From Amoebophrya sp. A120 (lineage: Eukaryota; Protista; Dinoflagellata), in the NCBI GenBank assembly GCA_905178155.1, contig CAJINV010000001.1, positions 3,525,675 to 3,589,674 on the forward strand: a DNA stretch of 64,000 bases, read 5' to 3'. Below the pieces are notes generated by a model. That model did not search any database and was not told the origin of the DNA. It saw only the letters and a program-made list of their open reading frames with translations. Below are positions 12,613 through 24,700 of the stretch, one piece after another; positions within the stretch are counted from its first letter, which is position 1, and every line of letters starts with the position of its first letter. The position numbers and the translations under genes were made by a program.

Positions 12613-15600
12613 ATGGATCTTGTCGACAAGACGCGGAGCAGCTGGGGTACCGTGCTGCAAAGGAGGATGCAACGGACGTCTTTTCTTACTGCACTCGGCG
12701 GTAGTACGTTCTCTCATGTTGGCGAGCAAAAGACGCACATCATCGCTGCACACCGGGGGGACATCTCCGGAGCGATAGACGGTCTGCGCAGTACTTCTAG
12801 CAGCCCGACTTCTTGTTCTGGCGGCGACTGCAAAGCAGCCGAAGGTAGTAGCACGGCACCGACGTTTTTGGCGGTGACTCCCGGCTCACCGAGTAGGCGT
12901 GGTGATACGTCTCCAGGTGTAGAAGTGGGTCTGTCAGCGGCGCATCCACCCAGGAGAAAAGGCGCTTGTCTCGGGCCGCCACGTTTGCCTGTAGATAACA
13001 AAAACCTGAAACAGTTCTTCAAGTCGCTTCCGGGCGCTATCTTGAGTGCTGTTCCAGAGGAGGAAGCGACCACGCCCACTCTACAACCGGATCTGCAAGG
13101 AGGCAAAAGCGCAGTTCGGAGCCCCGAATCTTCCGAGAGTGACGATACTAACAGATGGGAACAAAAGAGGAATCCTCTGCTTGAGCTGCGCTCCAAAAGT
13201 GAGGTGCCAACCGGTTGCAAAGTAGATCAACATCTCGGAAGCCATCAAACGAACCCGCCACACAAAAGTTTTCTTTTGCGCATCGGCGAAAGCGGTACAG
13301 CTGCAGGCGGCCGAGGTGCAATAACGACGTTGGGCGATCTTGGATACTCTGACTTGCAGTCGGAAGCGATTAAGTGGCCATTCCGAGGACACCGAAGCAA
13401 ATCCGGCGCAAATGGACGAAGTGGACAGAGCGGAGAAGACAGCAATAGAACCATGACCGCAGATTATACTGCAACACCGTCTTCTACCAATCCGAAAAGC
13501 ACCAGTGTCGCTAAATCCCTCGGCGAAGGGGCAGAGTCAGGATCCGACTTCAAGGAAGGTGGACCTTGTTCCAGTGACGATGTGTCCCAGTTGGACGACC
13601 ACAAGGGGTTCAAGAAGCAGAGTTCGGGGTGGTTCCGGATCGGATTGCGTCAAGCGCAGGAGCCCGGTAGAAGTACGGGTGGAACTTCATTCCGTCGCCC
13701 CCCAGTGGGCGGAACGAGCAGCAGATTTGGAGTTGTGTCCCGGATTTGCCGCGGAGCGCCGGCGTTCGCACGCATTTATGTGCACTTGCCGCCGGTCCTG
13801 GGGGGAGGACGAGGAGGCGCTTTGGCGACGAACCGGGCGGCCTCAGCTTCGTCTACTTCTTCTGGTGTTAAAGCGCGAGTAGTGTCGTCAGAAGAGGACA
13901 AGAACTACTCGTGTCGGCTGTTGGCGGACAAAGATTGCTCTTGCTGTGCGCAAAACCACGAGCCGGCAACAGCTTGCGTTGGATATAATTATAATCCAGC
14001 TAGTTGTCGTGCTCCAATAAATCACTTTGACGTCGGGAACTGCCGTAGTACCTCCGAGGTCGGAGAGGAGGAAGAGTACAGACTTGCAAGACCCCACGAG
14101 GATAGTTTGAATGGCGGGTCCAACGGTAGTATCGTGGGGCGACCGTCGGATCATGACAAGATGGTGGTTCATCTGGTGGCAGAGGTGTGTCACCGCATGC
14201 TCACTGACCTAGCGGACGAAAAAATGCTGTCCTCGTCGTGCTGCGCGGAGATCTCGGTGTCAGACGCCGCCGCCACACTGTTGCGGGACCTCCTGGTGGG
14301 TGCCAGTGAGGACGCAGTTATGTTTTTGCGACGTGCGGACAACTACCGTGTGTGGCGTGCACGTGAGGTCGGATCTGACAAGGACGTCTCGCCTGCGACG
14401 GAGCGTCTGCTGCTAGACATGCTGCGGAAGCGGTTACAGAACGAGGAGAAGAAGCTGCGGCAGAAGGGGGCAAAAACGCAGAATCCGGCGCCGGCCCCCC
14501 AAGAACTACGAGCGAACCAACATGTTTATCAAGCGTGGGCGACCGAGGCGCAGGTCGAGGAGCTGCTGCAGGCCGCGCAGGACCGGAAGCGCCAGCGCCA
14601 ACTCGAGTCGACGTACAAGGAGGTACAACGGATCACCCGTGTCTTGGAGCGGACGCTCGCTTGCCAGTACGCCGCTGAGACCACAGAACCGCTCAGACCA
14701 CAGGACCTGCAGAGGCATAGCGCAGAGATGAAGCAAGGCCATGGCCTCGTACAAATGCTGAAAGTGCAAGTTGTACACCCTGGTGTCCGGGAAGTACAAA
14801 AAGTACATGCGGACAGCACATCAGCAATATCTTCAATCCGAAGCATGTCGCACCAGCACCAGGACGAGTCGAAGGCGGCACCTCTGCGCCGTATTGACGC
14901 TCCAGTGCCAGTTTGCCTCCAGGATTTGACAAGTGACGAGATAACTGACCAAGCACTCGAGGCCGGTGTTTTTGTCGCATTGGACGGCCGCGTGGTAGAC
15001 ATCAAAACCGCCGAGGGCGACGAGTGTAGTGTTCCGGTGGCTGTCGGCGGTGTTGGGAACGGTGAGTCAGTACATCAAGAACTACTACACGAAGGAGCTA
15101 AGAGCTGTGACGCAGCGAAAGAGGAGAGAGCTGAAATCTTCGAGCTCGACAAGAACAAAAACGACGGGGCCGCCGAGCTCTACCAGCATCCGACCGAGGA
15201 GGAACTGCGGGACGATTGGCTCCCAAACAAGGATGAATATGCTGACGAGGAAGTGCGAATGAACGCAAACGAGGACTTCTGCCTGGAACAGATTCTGAGC
15301 GCGGGAAGCAACGACCTGGGCGGGGACGACTTGTCGAAAGACTCTGTGTCGCAAAAACTTTTTCAAGAACTACAAACGGATAAACTAGACGACGTCTCGA
15401 CGGCCGACCTGCTTTCGAATCCCGCAAGCGAAACCGCGATGGAGGAGCCGCTCCCGGAGGAAACCACGCCCTGCCCCGCGTACGACCCGCAGGCGCCGCC
15501 CCACCCCTTGTGCCAAGCGAAACCGGACGAAGACTTGCTCGAGTGCCTGCAGGGAGAATGGGAGTGCTGCTCCGAAGCGGTGCCGCGGGACCTTGAGCAT

Positions 15601-16353
15601 TTCGCGGAGCGTGCGGCGGCGGGGGCGGGGGTGGGCGTCGGCATGAATGCGAACAAGAACAAATCCGCAAACAGCAAGACTACCCCCTGCGACAAAGCGG
15701 AAGCAAGTTCAAGTAGTGCTTGTTCCAGGTCTGGCAGGAATAAAAAGATGGTTCCCGCTTGCGAAGTCACGTACTTGAAGGCGTTCACTGTGGTTGGTAA
15801 AAAAGTGACCGAGCGCCGGCTACGGGAGGTGGTGTCTTCACGCGAGACGGTGCACACGCGCGAACTGCGACTGGAGCCGGCCCGGCATTGGCTGGGGTTT
15901 GCAATGGAAGGTCGGCCACTGGTAATTTACAAGTTTCCGAATATTTTCGGCGGTGCGGTCTTCGTACGGCGAATCGGACGGACGACGTCGATTTGCTACC
16001 GGCGCAAGCAGGATGCAGCGTTATTTTCGGCGGCAGGCCGGGGTCCAGCTCCGGCCTCGTGCAAGAACGACGCGGCAGCCAGTTTAAAAGAGCCGTGCCT
16101 CCGCCCGGATGCAACGCGGGATAATACTACGGCAGCTTGCACAGAAGTTAATACAGCTAGCCCAGATTGTTCGTTACAGCGACAGGTAAACAAAAATGAA
16201 GTCGAAAAGCCGGTAGCAACTACATCACCGGTCGAAGATAAGGTGAAGGATGCAGCCTTCCCAGAAGGTGTTCTTCCACTGGCAAAGGGAGAGCACTGCA
16301 CATACCAGGGGGCGCCGCAGTTGCCGTCGCCCTTTCCCGTGGGCTTGTCCTGA
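12613..16353 (+). CDS. Hypothetical 1246-aa protein, largely low-complexity with a central helical/coiled-coil segment
   Basis: Long uninterrupted ORF with coding-like GC3 blocks. No family motif recognised. Confidence 0.6.
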   Translation: MDLVDKTRSSWGTVLQRRMQRTSFLTALGGSTFSHVGEQKTHIIAAHRGDISGAIDGLRSTSSSPTSCSGGDCKAAEGSSTAPTFLAVTPGSPSRRGDTSPGVEVGLSAAHPPRRKGACLGPPRLPVDNKNLKQFFKSLPGAILSAVPEEEATTPTLQPDLQGGKSAVRSPESSESDDTNRWEQKRNPLLELRSKSEVPTGCKVDQHLGSHQTNPPHKSFLLRIGESGTAAGGRGAITTLGDLGYSDLQSEAIKWPFRGHRSKSGANGRSGQSGEDSNRTMTADYTATPSSTNPKSTSVAKSLGEGAESGSDFKEGGPCSSDDVSQLDDHKGFKKQSSGWFRIGLRQAQEPGRSTGGTSFRRPPVGGTSSRFGVVSRICRGAPAFARIYVHLPPVLGGGRGGALATNRAASASSTSSGVKARVVSSEEDKNYSCRLLADKDCSCCAQNHEPATACVGYNYNPASCRAPINHFDVGNCRSTSEVGEEEEYRLARPHEDSLNGGSNGSIVGRPSDHDKMVVHLVAEVCHRMLTDLADEKMLSSSCCAEISVSDAAATLLRDLLVGASEDAVMFLRRADNYRVWRAREVGSDKDVSPATERLLLDMLRKRLQNEEKKLRQKGAKTQNPAPAPQELRANQHVYQAWATEAQVEELLQAAQDRKRQRQLESTYKEVQRITRVLERTLACQYAAETTEPLRPQDLQRHSAEMKQGHGLVQMLKVQVVHPGVREVQKVHADSTSAISSIRSMSHQHQDESKAAPLRRIDAPVPVCLQDLTSDEITDQALEAGVFVALDGRVVDIKTAEGDECSVPVAVGGVGNGESVHQELLHEGAKSCDAAKEERAEIFELDKNKNDGAAELYQHPTEEELRDDWLPNKDEYADEEVRMNANEDFCLEQILSAGSNDLGGDDLSKDSVSQKLFQELQTDKLDDVSTADLLSNPASETAMEEPLPEETTPCPAYDPQAPPHPLCQAKPDEDLLECLQGEWECCSEAVPRDLEHFAERAAAGAGVGVGMNANKNKSANSKTTPCDKAEASSSSACSRSGRNKKMVPACEVTYLKAFTVVGKKVTERRLREVVSSRETVHTRELRLEPARHWLGFAMEGRPLVIYKFPNIFGGAVFVRRIGRTTSICYRRKQDAALFSAAGRGPAPASCKNDAAASLKEPCLRPDATRDNTTAACTEVNTASPDCSLQRQVNKNEVEKPVATTSPVEDKVKDAAFPEGVLPLAKGEHCTYQGAPQLPSPFPVGLS

Positions 16354-17080
16354 GGGTAAGGAGCCCTAATACCGTGAGAGCTACGATTCTGTTTTGTCGT
16401 GAAGTAGATTAGATACGCCTCCTAGTTTACCGTTTTAATTTTAAAATTTTTTTCCGAAGGTAAGACAAAGACTCTTCTGGATATCATATTGTCGAGATAC
16501 GTTCTGGCATAGGAGGATTTGCGTGCCTTGCTGTTGAGTCCTCATCAACTCGATCATCTTATCGGAAAAAGGTTTGTATGAAAGGGTACCGAAAATTATT
16601 TTGTAACGTTGCTCCTGCTCCTTTTTCCCGCTTGTATAGTATTGTATCGAATGCGTTAGCGTTGTAGTTTTATACTTCATTATAGCGAGGTCCTCGTTGA
16701 AGATGGGTCCTCGTTGCTGAAGTTGAAATTGATTCTGACTGCATGATATTTTCATGGTGCTCGTCTGGCTACAACATTTGAGTCCTTTTTTGCTTTCAAA
16801 TTCAGTATCGAGTTGTCTGCAAAAAGTAAATCGCCCATTCTCGAAGATTCCAAAAAGAATTTCATGCGTGAGATACACTTTTGTAGGCCCTCACATAATC
16901 ATAAACTTGTTTGGATATCCCTTCCGAGTGGAATTTTTCGATTTTTTTAGACCGAGTTCTCTTTTTTCTCTTTGCTTTACTTGCCGAGATAAAAAATGCT
17001 ACCTGGGGAAACTACCTCTCTCGTGTATCTGAATTATCTGCACGATGCAAGACAGTAGACTAATGGTAGAACTCGACTAC

Positions 17081-17142
17081 GTTGCCCATGGCATGGGCAA
17101 CAAGCATACGAGTAAAGCATGATGCTTTACTCGTATGCTTGT
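17081..17142. repeat. Two abutting perfect palindromes (10-bp and 21-bp arms, 1-nt G spacers)
   Basis: gttgcccatg-g-catgggcaac (17081-17101) and acaagcatacgagtaaagcat-g-atgctttactcgtatgcttgt (17100-17142). Confidence 0.95.
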
Positions 17143-17879
17143 GTCTGCATGAAATGGAAAAAATAGGATTTCTAACTTTGTCTCTACGGATATGAAACTT
17201 TCAGAAATGCAGATTGCTAGGTCACGTTGGTGATCATATCTGTCATTTTCTGATAATGTCGTACTGGATTGCGGCAGAACTGCATCTGGAAGTAGATCAT
17301 CAAGGATACCATGCTCTATACCACCACCGACAAACTTTGACGGTGCGTGTAGATTTCCTGGCGGGGAATCAGAAATGTTGATGTTCAGCCTTAGATTTTG
17401 ATGACCATGAAGAATACAATCGCGAGCGAGGGCTGTTGCAAATCGCCGAGAGACATCATCGTTTCAACATTTTTTGAAAATAAATAGAAGAAGAAACAGG
17501 GTGCTCAGTGTGCAATGATGCGGATGCTTCATTATAGGTTTTGAAGCAGTGATCAATACTCTCTGACAGGAGGATGAATCCTGCCAAAAAAGGCGCGTTT
17601 ACTACAAATGGTTGTTGATATCCCCACACATTGCTGAGCTTACATTAATTTTTTGCTTCCCCTTACGAGACGTCGCATCATCAATAGTCTTGATCCTTTT
17701 GTAAACTACGTGCACGTGCCGCGCACCAGATCAACCACCACCTCTTCATTGTACTTTGTCTGATTTTGATTTTTCGCAATGTGCAGGAACTACGACGGTC
17801 TCAACGACGTGTATTTGCTTCCGCTTGGTACAAGTTCAATTGACAATTGAGTCATCATGATGCGAGGCCTAGTTGCACC

Positions 17880-19403
17880 ATGTTGCGCGTGTGTGGCCTA
17901 TCTGGAGATGACGAAGTTTGCGTGCCGCTCCACCACGTCAGTCACTTAGCCACCGTTGGCGAGCTAAAAGCCTTTCTCGCGGACCGATGGCCGCGGGCTC
18001 CCCCACCGTGCATTATTTTGCTCCAAGGAGTAGATGACGACAATTTTTTCGAAAATGATGAAGGACCCTCACCAGTTGCTGACGGCACGTCGCCGGAGGT
18101 GGCAGAAGCAGAGGTGTCAAGAGTTGTTACATGCGCTCCACGAGGACATGAGATGGAGAAGCAGGATCAACGACAGACGAGGACTCCTGAACATAGTCTG
18201 GGCGGCCCAGAGAATACACCTGGCAAAAACACAGCGGCGTCCAGTACGAAAGCCACTTCATCCAGTACAACAGAGGGTCAAAACTACTACGTCCATGGTG
18301 AGGACGAGAGCGAGGAGGTGGGCGAAACTGCGCTGCGTTTGTTAATCAAGCCCCCGCAGTTTGTGGACAGCGTACCTCCTGCTAGCGACTTTTCCGCGAA
18401 CGCGCCGCCCATGGCTTTTCTGGACGCGGCCTTCAGCACGACCTATTTGGGGCCGGTCGTGTTGGATTGCAACGCGCTCGAGGCGATGGAGGTGTTTCGC
18501 CAGTTCCTGTACTGGTTTCGGGAAGTCGACGACGCCTGCGCTACATCCGTACCGCTGCTGCAGCACGTGGTACAGAATTACGGATCCGAGATGGTCTGCA
18601 TCATAGTGGAACGTCTCCTGCGGCTCAAGGCACACAGAGTGCTCGGGGACTACGTAGAACACGGGACCACGAACAGGGGCGGTGAAGAAGAGACCTTTAT
18701 TTTCAACAGCGCTGCTGCCTCTACGTCTGCTTCCAGGGGCACTACTTCTCCAGCAGCCGCGAGAATAGTAAATGCCTCCTACAACGAAGCAACCGCGTTC
18801 GGAGGTGCGTCGGTGCTCCACCTTCTTCTTCGCGGAATCCTGAAGCCCGTGCCGCTGCTGCCGCCAGATCGGAAGCTTACGAGCCAGCTACTCACCTACC
18901 TCGAAGCACTTCTCATCCGGGTACTGCGCGAGGCCACGCCGGAGTCGCTGAACACGACCGGGAAATTTGCGGACGAAGAGAAAAACTGGACCAGCCAGGT
19001 CTGTGAGCTCTTTGCCAGTGCAATTCTGGGTTTAGAACTCTTAACTCGCCCGGATCTGGAAGTTTCCACTTTGCTGCAAATCGCGCAGAGCCGGGACCGC
19101 TGCTGCACATGCCTTGTGGTCGCCACGGCTAACGGGCATTTAGCGGTGTGCGAAAAGATCGTCGAGAGACTGGGGAAGCATCTGGATCAGAAGTATCTCC
19201 GGGTTCGGTACCCGGTCACGCGGCAGCCGAATGTACTGGGGCAGCTCCGGAAATCCCTCGGCTACGTGTTCGAGTCTTCCGCGCAGTGCGGGGGAAAGAA
19301 CGCAGCGGAGATATGCGTACACAACGTGAGCCGGATGGGGGATCAAGCGGAAGAGTGGCTAGCTCTTTCCGAGCAGCTCAAGCAGCTGGAAAAGAAAGGA
19401 TAA
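17880..19403 (+). CDS. Hypothetical protein; possible N-terminal ubiquitin-like fold and degenerate ankyrin repeats
   Basis: N-terminus MLRVCGLSGDDEVCV…TVGELKAFL. Ankyrin-like segments GASVLHLLL and CLVVATANGHLAVCEKIVE. Confidence 0.55.
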   Translation: MLRVCGLSGDDEVCVPLHHVSHLATVGELKAFLADRWPRAPPPCIILLQGVDDDNFFENDEGPSPVADGTSPEVAEAEVSRVVTCAPRGHEMEKQDQRQTRTPEHSLGGPENTPGKNTAASSTKATSSSTTEGQNYYVHGEDESEEVGETALRLLIKPPQFVDSVPPASDFSANAPPMAFLDAAFSTTYLGPVVLDCNALEAMEVFRQFLYWFREVDDACATSVPLLQHVVQNYGSEMVCIIVERLLRLKAHRVLGDYVEHGTTNRGGEEETFIFNSAAASTSASRGTTSPAAARIVNASYNEATAFGGASVLHLLLRGILKPVPLLPPDRKLTSQLLTYLEALLIRVLREATPESLNTTGKFADEEKNWTSQVCELFASAILGLELLTRPDLEVSTLLQIAQSRDRCCTCLVVATANGHLAVCEKIVERLGKHLDQKYLRVRYPVTRQPNVLGQLRKSLGYVFESSAQCGGKNAAEICVHNVSRMGDQAEEWLALSEQLKQLEKKG

Positions 19404-19940
19404 AAAATCTTCAATGTGTCTGTTGTCGGGACAGTTACGGTAGAAATACAAGCGACGCATGATTATATCAGGTGTATGCGGTACGCATCTTCAAAGCGCA
19501 TCAGATCCTCACAGCCGCGGGCTCGACATGTGTCATCATTTGGAAAAGACGTGTTCGTGAATTGCGATCAAGAAGTAAGTAGAAAGAATAAACTTGCTGA
19601 CGTTCGACAGATCATGCTTAAGTAAGTACTTCTAAGCGACTTAGATCAACAAATAGAGCCTAATTTTGCTGATGCTGAATCAATCTGCAATGCTCACACT
19701 TTGAACACTATGTAATTGCGCAGGCAGTATATGTGTAAAGTTTGACAGAGTCAGAATGCTGTTTTTGTCATAGTAGGCCTAGAAAAGGCTTCTATAGGCA
19801 AAGGGATGAACTGCATCCCTTAGAAGATCTCCTTATGTCATAGAACGTAAAACTTTTTAGATGTAGATCATCAGTATTTCGCTTTAGAGGGTGCAGGACA
19901 TTTTCTGTCTTTGCTACCGGTCTATTAAGGAGAAGAAAAT

Positions 19941-20873
19941 ATGATCACCACTTTCAGTGACGACGAGGACGAGGTCGCCGGGTACCAAGTGGAGAGCCTT
20001 ACGGAAGCGGGCGAAACTACCTTCAGCAAAGGCTACGAGCCGCTGATCCGCAACACGCCCGCTTTCGAGCAGGGTTTTTTCGAGGATGTGTCCGTGCTCC
20101 GGCTGCCGCAAAAGCTGGCCCGCGAAGTCCAGCAACCGGGGGCGCAGCTCGAGTTTTGCGGCGACTACATCCTTCTAAACGGCATCCGGTACCCGTGCGC
20201 CCACCACCAGCTGCCCTACCCGGTGGAAGCGTTCGAGGAGCGGTTTAAGGTGGCTGATGTGCAACACATATCGGTGGTCGATGGGTCCAGACCAATAATA
20301 CCAGGGGAAAATCGTAAAAAGAATAAACCGCCACATAAAAGAACTCAAGCGGGCCGCGAGATGAACAACAGCGCAGATGTGCGCGGAACAGCATCTGGTA
20401 CTACACCTGGAAGACATAAAAATCCTGCAGATGATGAAAACGTCGACCTTGATATCGACGAGGAAGGAAATTATGAACCTCCCGGTACATCAACTAAGCA
20501 GCCGGGAGATCATGCTGACGACATTGACGAGGAGGGGGCACCTCCTACTTTACAGCAGCCCCGACTGCTCGAAAAGGTCCCGGACTGCGTGAGGCCACAG
20601 AGCATGGGTCTCACGAACGTGCGACGACCGAAGAAGAAGCCCTCGGGCTTCACGGACGAACTGTTGCAAGAGGCTTGGGTCGCACTGGAGGAGCTTGCGA
20701 CAGACGGCGACTACTCGTACTGCGAGGACATTGTCGAACTGGACGAGGAGGCGTATTTGGAGCTGCGCCAGAGACACCGTGCGCAAGAATGGTTTCCGCC
20801 TGACGACAGTGCCTTCGGTAGCGGGGCGGATGAGGATGACACCAGTAGCTCCGGCTCCGTTGATTCGGACTGA
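19941..20873 (+). CDS. TAF7 (TAFII55 N-terminal domain)-like protein
   Basis: Motif order VLRLP…NGIRYP…QLPYPVEA…FKVADVQHI…GLTNVRR resembles TAF7 LRLP/LVDLPCIVES/KTADISQM/NVRKRRF. Acidic C-terminus. Confidence 0.5.
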   Translation: MITTFSDDEDEVAGYQVESLTEAGETTFSKGYEPLIRNTPAFEQGFFEDVSVLRLPQKLAREVQQPGAQLEFCGDYILLNGIRYPCAHHQLPYPVEAFEERFKVADVQHISVVDGSRPIIPGENRKKNKPPHKRTQAGREMNNSADVRGTASGTTPGRHKNPADDENVDLDIDEEGNYEPPGTSTKQPGDHADDIDEEGAPPTLQQPRLLEKVPDCVRPQSMGLTNVRRPKKKPSGFTDELLQEAWVALEELATDGDYSYCEDIVELDEEAYLELRQRHRAQEWFPPDDSAFGSGADEDDTSSSGSVDSD

Positions 20874-21116
20874 CCGGAAAATACGAGCAGATGCGATGTC
20901 ATTTTTTCGACGACTTGAGTGTAGTTTAGTTCACACCACGACATCAATAAGGCGACAAGTATCTATTCATATCGGCACCTTGTTTGGGTAGCTTCTAGAA
21001 TAACAACGCACCTACCTCATGCTGGTTGGAATCTTTTCTAAGCACTATCGAATTGTTGTCTCCACAGCAGGTCCTTCTAGTTCTGGGCGACACTTACGAC
21101 TTGATGGTGTCAGCCA

Positions 21117-21168
21117 GATGCGTTAACGACAAATATCTGCACGGCCGATGCGTTAACGAAAAATATCT
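21117..21168. repeat. Direct repeat, 2 copies at 30-bp period (gatgcgttaacgaMaaatatct)
   Basis: Copies at 21117-21138 and 21147-21168 with 1 mismatch. Confidence 0.85.
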
Positions 21169-21783
21169 TCCACCGATCGCGTAGCGATCAAATTTGCGTT
21201 TCCGCTATAGTTCTGACATTATAATTTGAAATACACCAGATCAGGAGGAAGATCGTTTTGTATAAATAGGTTTCATCTGTTCCATTGTGCTACTAACGCT
21301 CGAGTTGATCTACTATCTTGAAATGATGAAGATCTTTGTGTTGCATGGACACGAAATAGCAAGTCGTCGATTCAAAATATCTTTATTGCAGAAACACTCA
21401 AAGATAAACTAAAGAACACGATCTCGTCGTTTCCTCGTCTGTTCTGGAGATAAGACAGTCTTCGATTTGTCATCTGAGCGACAGGTGGGGCTGGCAGAAC
21501 GAACCGAGAAAGCGACTATTTTTTTGTTGTGGCAGTACGAAAACGACAGCGACCACCAACAATAACAAATTAATTAACGAAAATGAATGATGTAGAATCC
21601 ATGAGCCTCTGAACACCTCCAATGAGACCCGTTATGGTAATTGCTTCTGAAAGTATGTTGTGCGCTCTCTCGACTAGAGAGTTCAGAAAAATATAGCCTT
21701 CCCAGCGGGACACGCAGTCGTCTGTGCCGGGACCACGCTAGTGAGTCATCCCTCTACAACGAGACCACCACGACTTCGGCAAC

Positions 21784-24700
21784 ATGGCTCCCAAGAAAGC
21801 ACCACCAGCGAAGGCGAAAGCCGCCGCATCGGCGAAAAGCAAGGCGATGAAAGCAGCTCCGCCCCCGGCACCAGCCATGAAGAAGGCGTCCTCGAGCGCG
21901 AAAGCCAAGGCGAAACCACCTGCGCCAAAGGGCAAGGCAAAAGCAAAGGCCGCATCGTCGAAAAAGGTATTCTTGAGTAGATTCACCGTCATTGATTTTT
22001 TCAAAAGCAGCGAGACCAATCAAAGTGCTGGTCTCCTAACCTACCTCGTCGCATGAAAGGAAAATGGCCTGCAGAATTCAAAAATGTACACTGAAAACTC
22101 GCAGGCACCGGTCGTGGAAGAAGAAGATGAGGAGGACGAGGATGAAGAGGATGACGACGACGAAGATGAAGACGATGACGAGCCTATGGAAGACGCAGAT
22201 CAAGATGAGGACGACGAAGATGAAGATGAGGAGGAAGGTATAATGTTTTCATTCAACATTAATACGCCTGGTTTCGTGAACTAGCAGTGTCTTGTAGTTT
22301 TCTGAAAAGGGCATGACAGAAAAAAAAAGAGCTGTTGTGTTGGGCATTGTGATGCAGTGCGTTCCATTAGAATGAAACGACGAAATGAACACTACAGAAG
22401 ACGACGAGGACGAGGATGATGAAGACGAAGACCCAGAAGCAAAAAGGAGAAAAAAGGACGACGTACGATACGAGTTTTGTTTTCGCAAATTTACTCGTGC
22501 TGTTAGTTTGTTTAGGTATCGAAGATGCGAAACCCACTGTGTCATCCTCAACATCGTTCCATGTTTAACATAGAGAAAATCGTAATCTTAATGAACAGGA
22601 CGCAAAAAGGGAGTATCGCGGGCTTCGAGACAACTTGGACGACCTGGACCTTCTGGGTGAAGACGCGGCAAAAAAGCACGAGGCGGCACAGGCGGAGTTC
22701 GAAGAGTTCGAGCACGACGCGGATGCACTGGTGCAGGGTGCGCAAAAGGCGGGTATCAAACACGGTCACGAGCAAGCCTTCGACGCCAATTTGCTCGGGC
22801 AGTTCGAACAGGATCAGGAAATTCTGGACGTAATTGCGGAAAATCTCGGAGACCAGATACACCTGTATACCATTTATTATTTTACGCTCTTTTTTATAGA
22901 AATTTCGATGCTGTAGTACAATCAAGTGATTTCTATGAATATGTGGTGTGCGTTGTCAACTCCTTGTCGTGTTTCTGCTTCTGCATGACCATCGTCTATC
23001 TTCCGGCATAAGTTTTTTAAATTTTGATTGAAAATAACAACTAACAGGGTGAAGCCGGCTCGTAAGGACGAGGACCAAGAGGAGGAAATCGGGCCCGAAG
23101 AGAAGGGGGATATGGACAAGAACATCACGTATCTCTTCATCGAGCCGACCGAGTTAGAGAGCGGGTTCGCCAAGACGGTCGCTGTTTACGATCAGATCAA
23201 CCGATTTTGGAGGTTCAAGACCGACGCGCAGAGTGTCCGAGAGGTCGAAATGGGACAAGTGCAAGGTGCAAAGATCGTCGAAATGGGCATCGAAGATTAC
23301 AAAGAGGATCTTCGCGACCGGGCCGAGCAGCGTAGGCTGAACCGACGAGGGTCCGACCAAAACCGCGTCCCACGCGTACCCGGTGCACCGAAGGAACCCC
23401 GTGTGAAACGCGCGGACCGGGAGCCCAAAGAACCGCGTGCCCCAAAGAAGGAGGTCGTGATATCGGACGTCGCAGGTATTGTTCATTACACAGACGTCCA
23501 GACCATTTTTGTTTCAATTTGTACCAATCTCAAGGTTTCTGCTGCGTATTGTGCAAGACCATAACGTGTTGGAGCAGAAGGAGTAGACAAGATTTTATGC
23601 AAAGGAGCAAAAACTACCTTCTTGACAAACAAAAACCACAGACGTGTCCGCACTGATGGAAGAACTGAAGATAAATCCTCTGAAATACGGTAAGTTGGAC
23701 GAGAATTTGCAGCAGCAGGTGCTAGCAAGAGACCCCAACATCGAGATCGCATTTAAGCAGAAGGAAATGGAGTCCGGCAGAAGGCAAGCCTTCGAAAAGT
23801 TGCAAGGCAGCAAGATTGGCAGCATGTTCTTGGAGAAGTTCAAAATGTTTCAAGAGCTCGCTTATTTGCGGTCGAAGGACCTCACCGGCAAAAGAGAAGG
23901 AGAGACGCAGTGGTCGGGTCCGGTATCGCCGGATCAGCCCATGACGAAAGAGGGATTCGCAGCAGGAAAGTCGCAGCTCGACGGCGTGAAGGCGGAAGTC
24001 AACCGCATCAAGGTTAGCGTAGCTGCATCCGAGGAGAACAAGGACGACACCGAGGCAATAAACAAAAAGGTGAACGAAAAGATCGCGCAGCTCGATAAAG
24101 AGCGTCAGAGCAAGATAGAAAGTCTCACCAAGAGGCTCACGGCCGCGCAGCAACACGTCAAGATCGATATGCGGCACTGGCGACTGATGAGGCCAGACCC
24201 CGGGTACGATCCGGACAAAAAGGACGACGGCCTCGATCCGGAAAAGAGGGGCAAGACAGGCTTATGAAGATGAAAGACGCACGCTTCCCTTGCTAGAACT
24301 TGCTTGAACTTCCTTCACATAATGGAACGGACCTCCACTCAGTGTCTTTCTTAGTGGTCTTACTACTGTTAAACTGGTCATGACTTGGATAAGGACCAAG
24401 AAACAAAATCGATCCCCCACGTGACTGTTTGTCTCCATGGTGACAGTGCCCTGACACCAGCACATCTTCACACTGCTATAGAGGCGGGCGCAGATCACGA
24501 ACTCTCGCTGGAGTTTATTCGCACTCATCCGCAAGAACTTCATTGCACCTTGTCCTACTAGGAGACAAAAGGCACCAGCCAAAAATGGCAGAAACAGTAT
24601 GTATGCAAAGAAATCTAGCGGGGCGGTTGCGCTTTTCACCAGGATGCAACTGGGAGGACGTGGATGACGAGCCAAACGAGGCGCTGAGAAAAAGGGCAAT

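Noticed and set aside
22630-23210. Spt6-like motifs (LDDLDLLGE, FIEPTELE) in the basic/acidic protein
   Set aside because: The protein is far shorter than Spt6 and no other Spt6 domains are recognisable.
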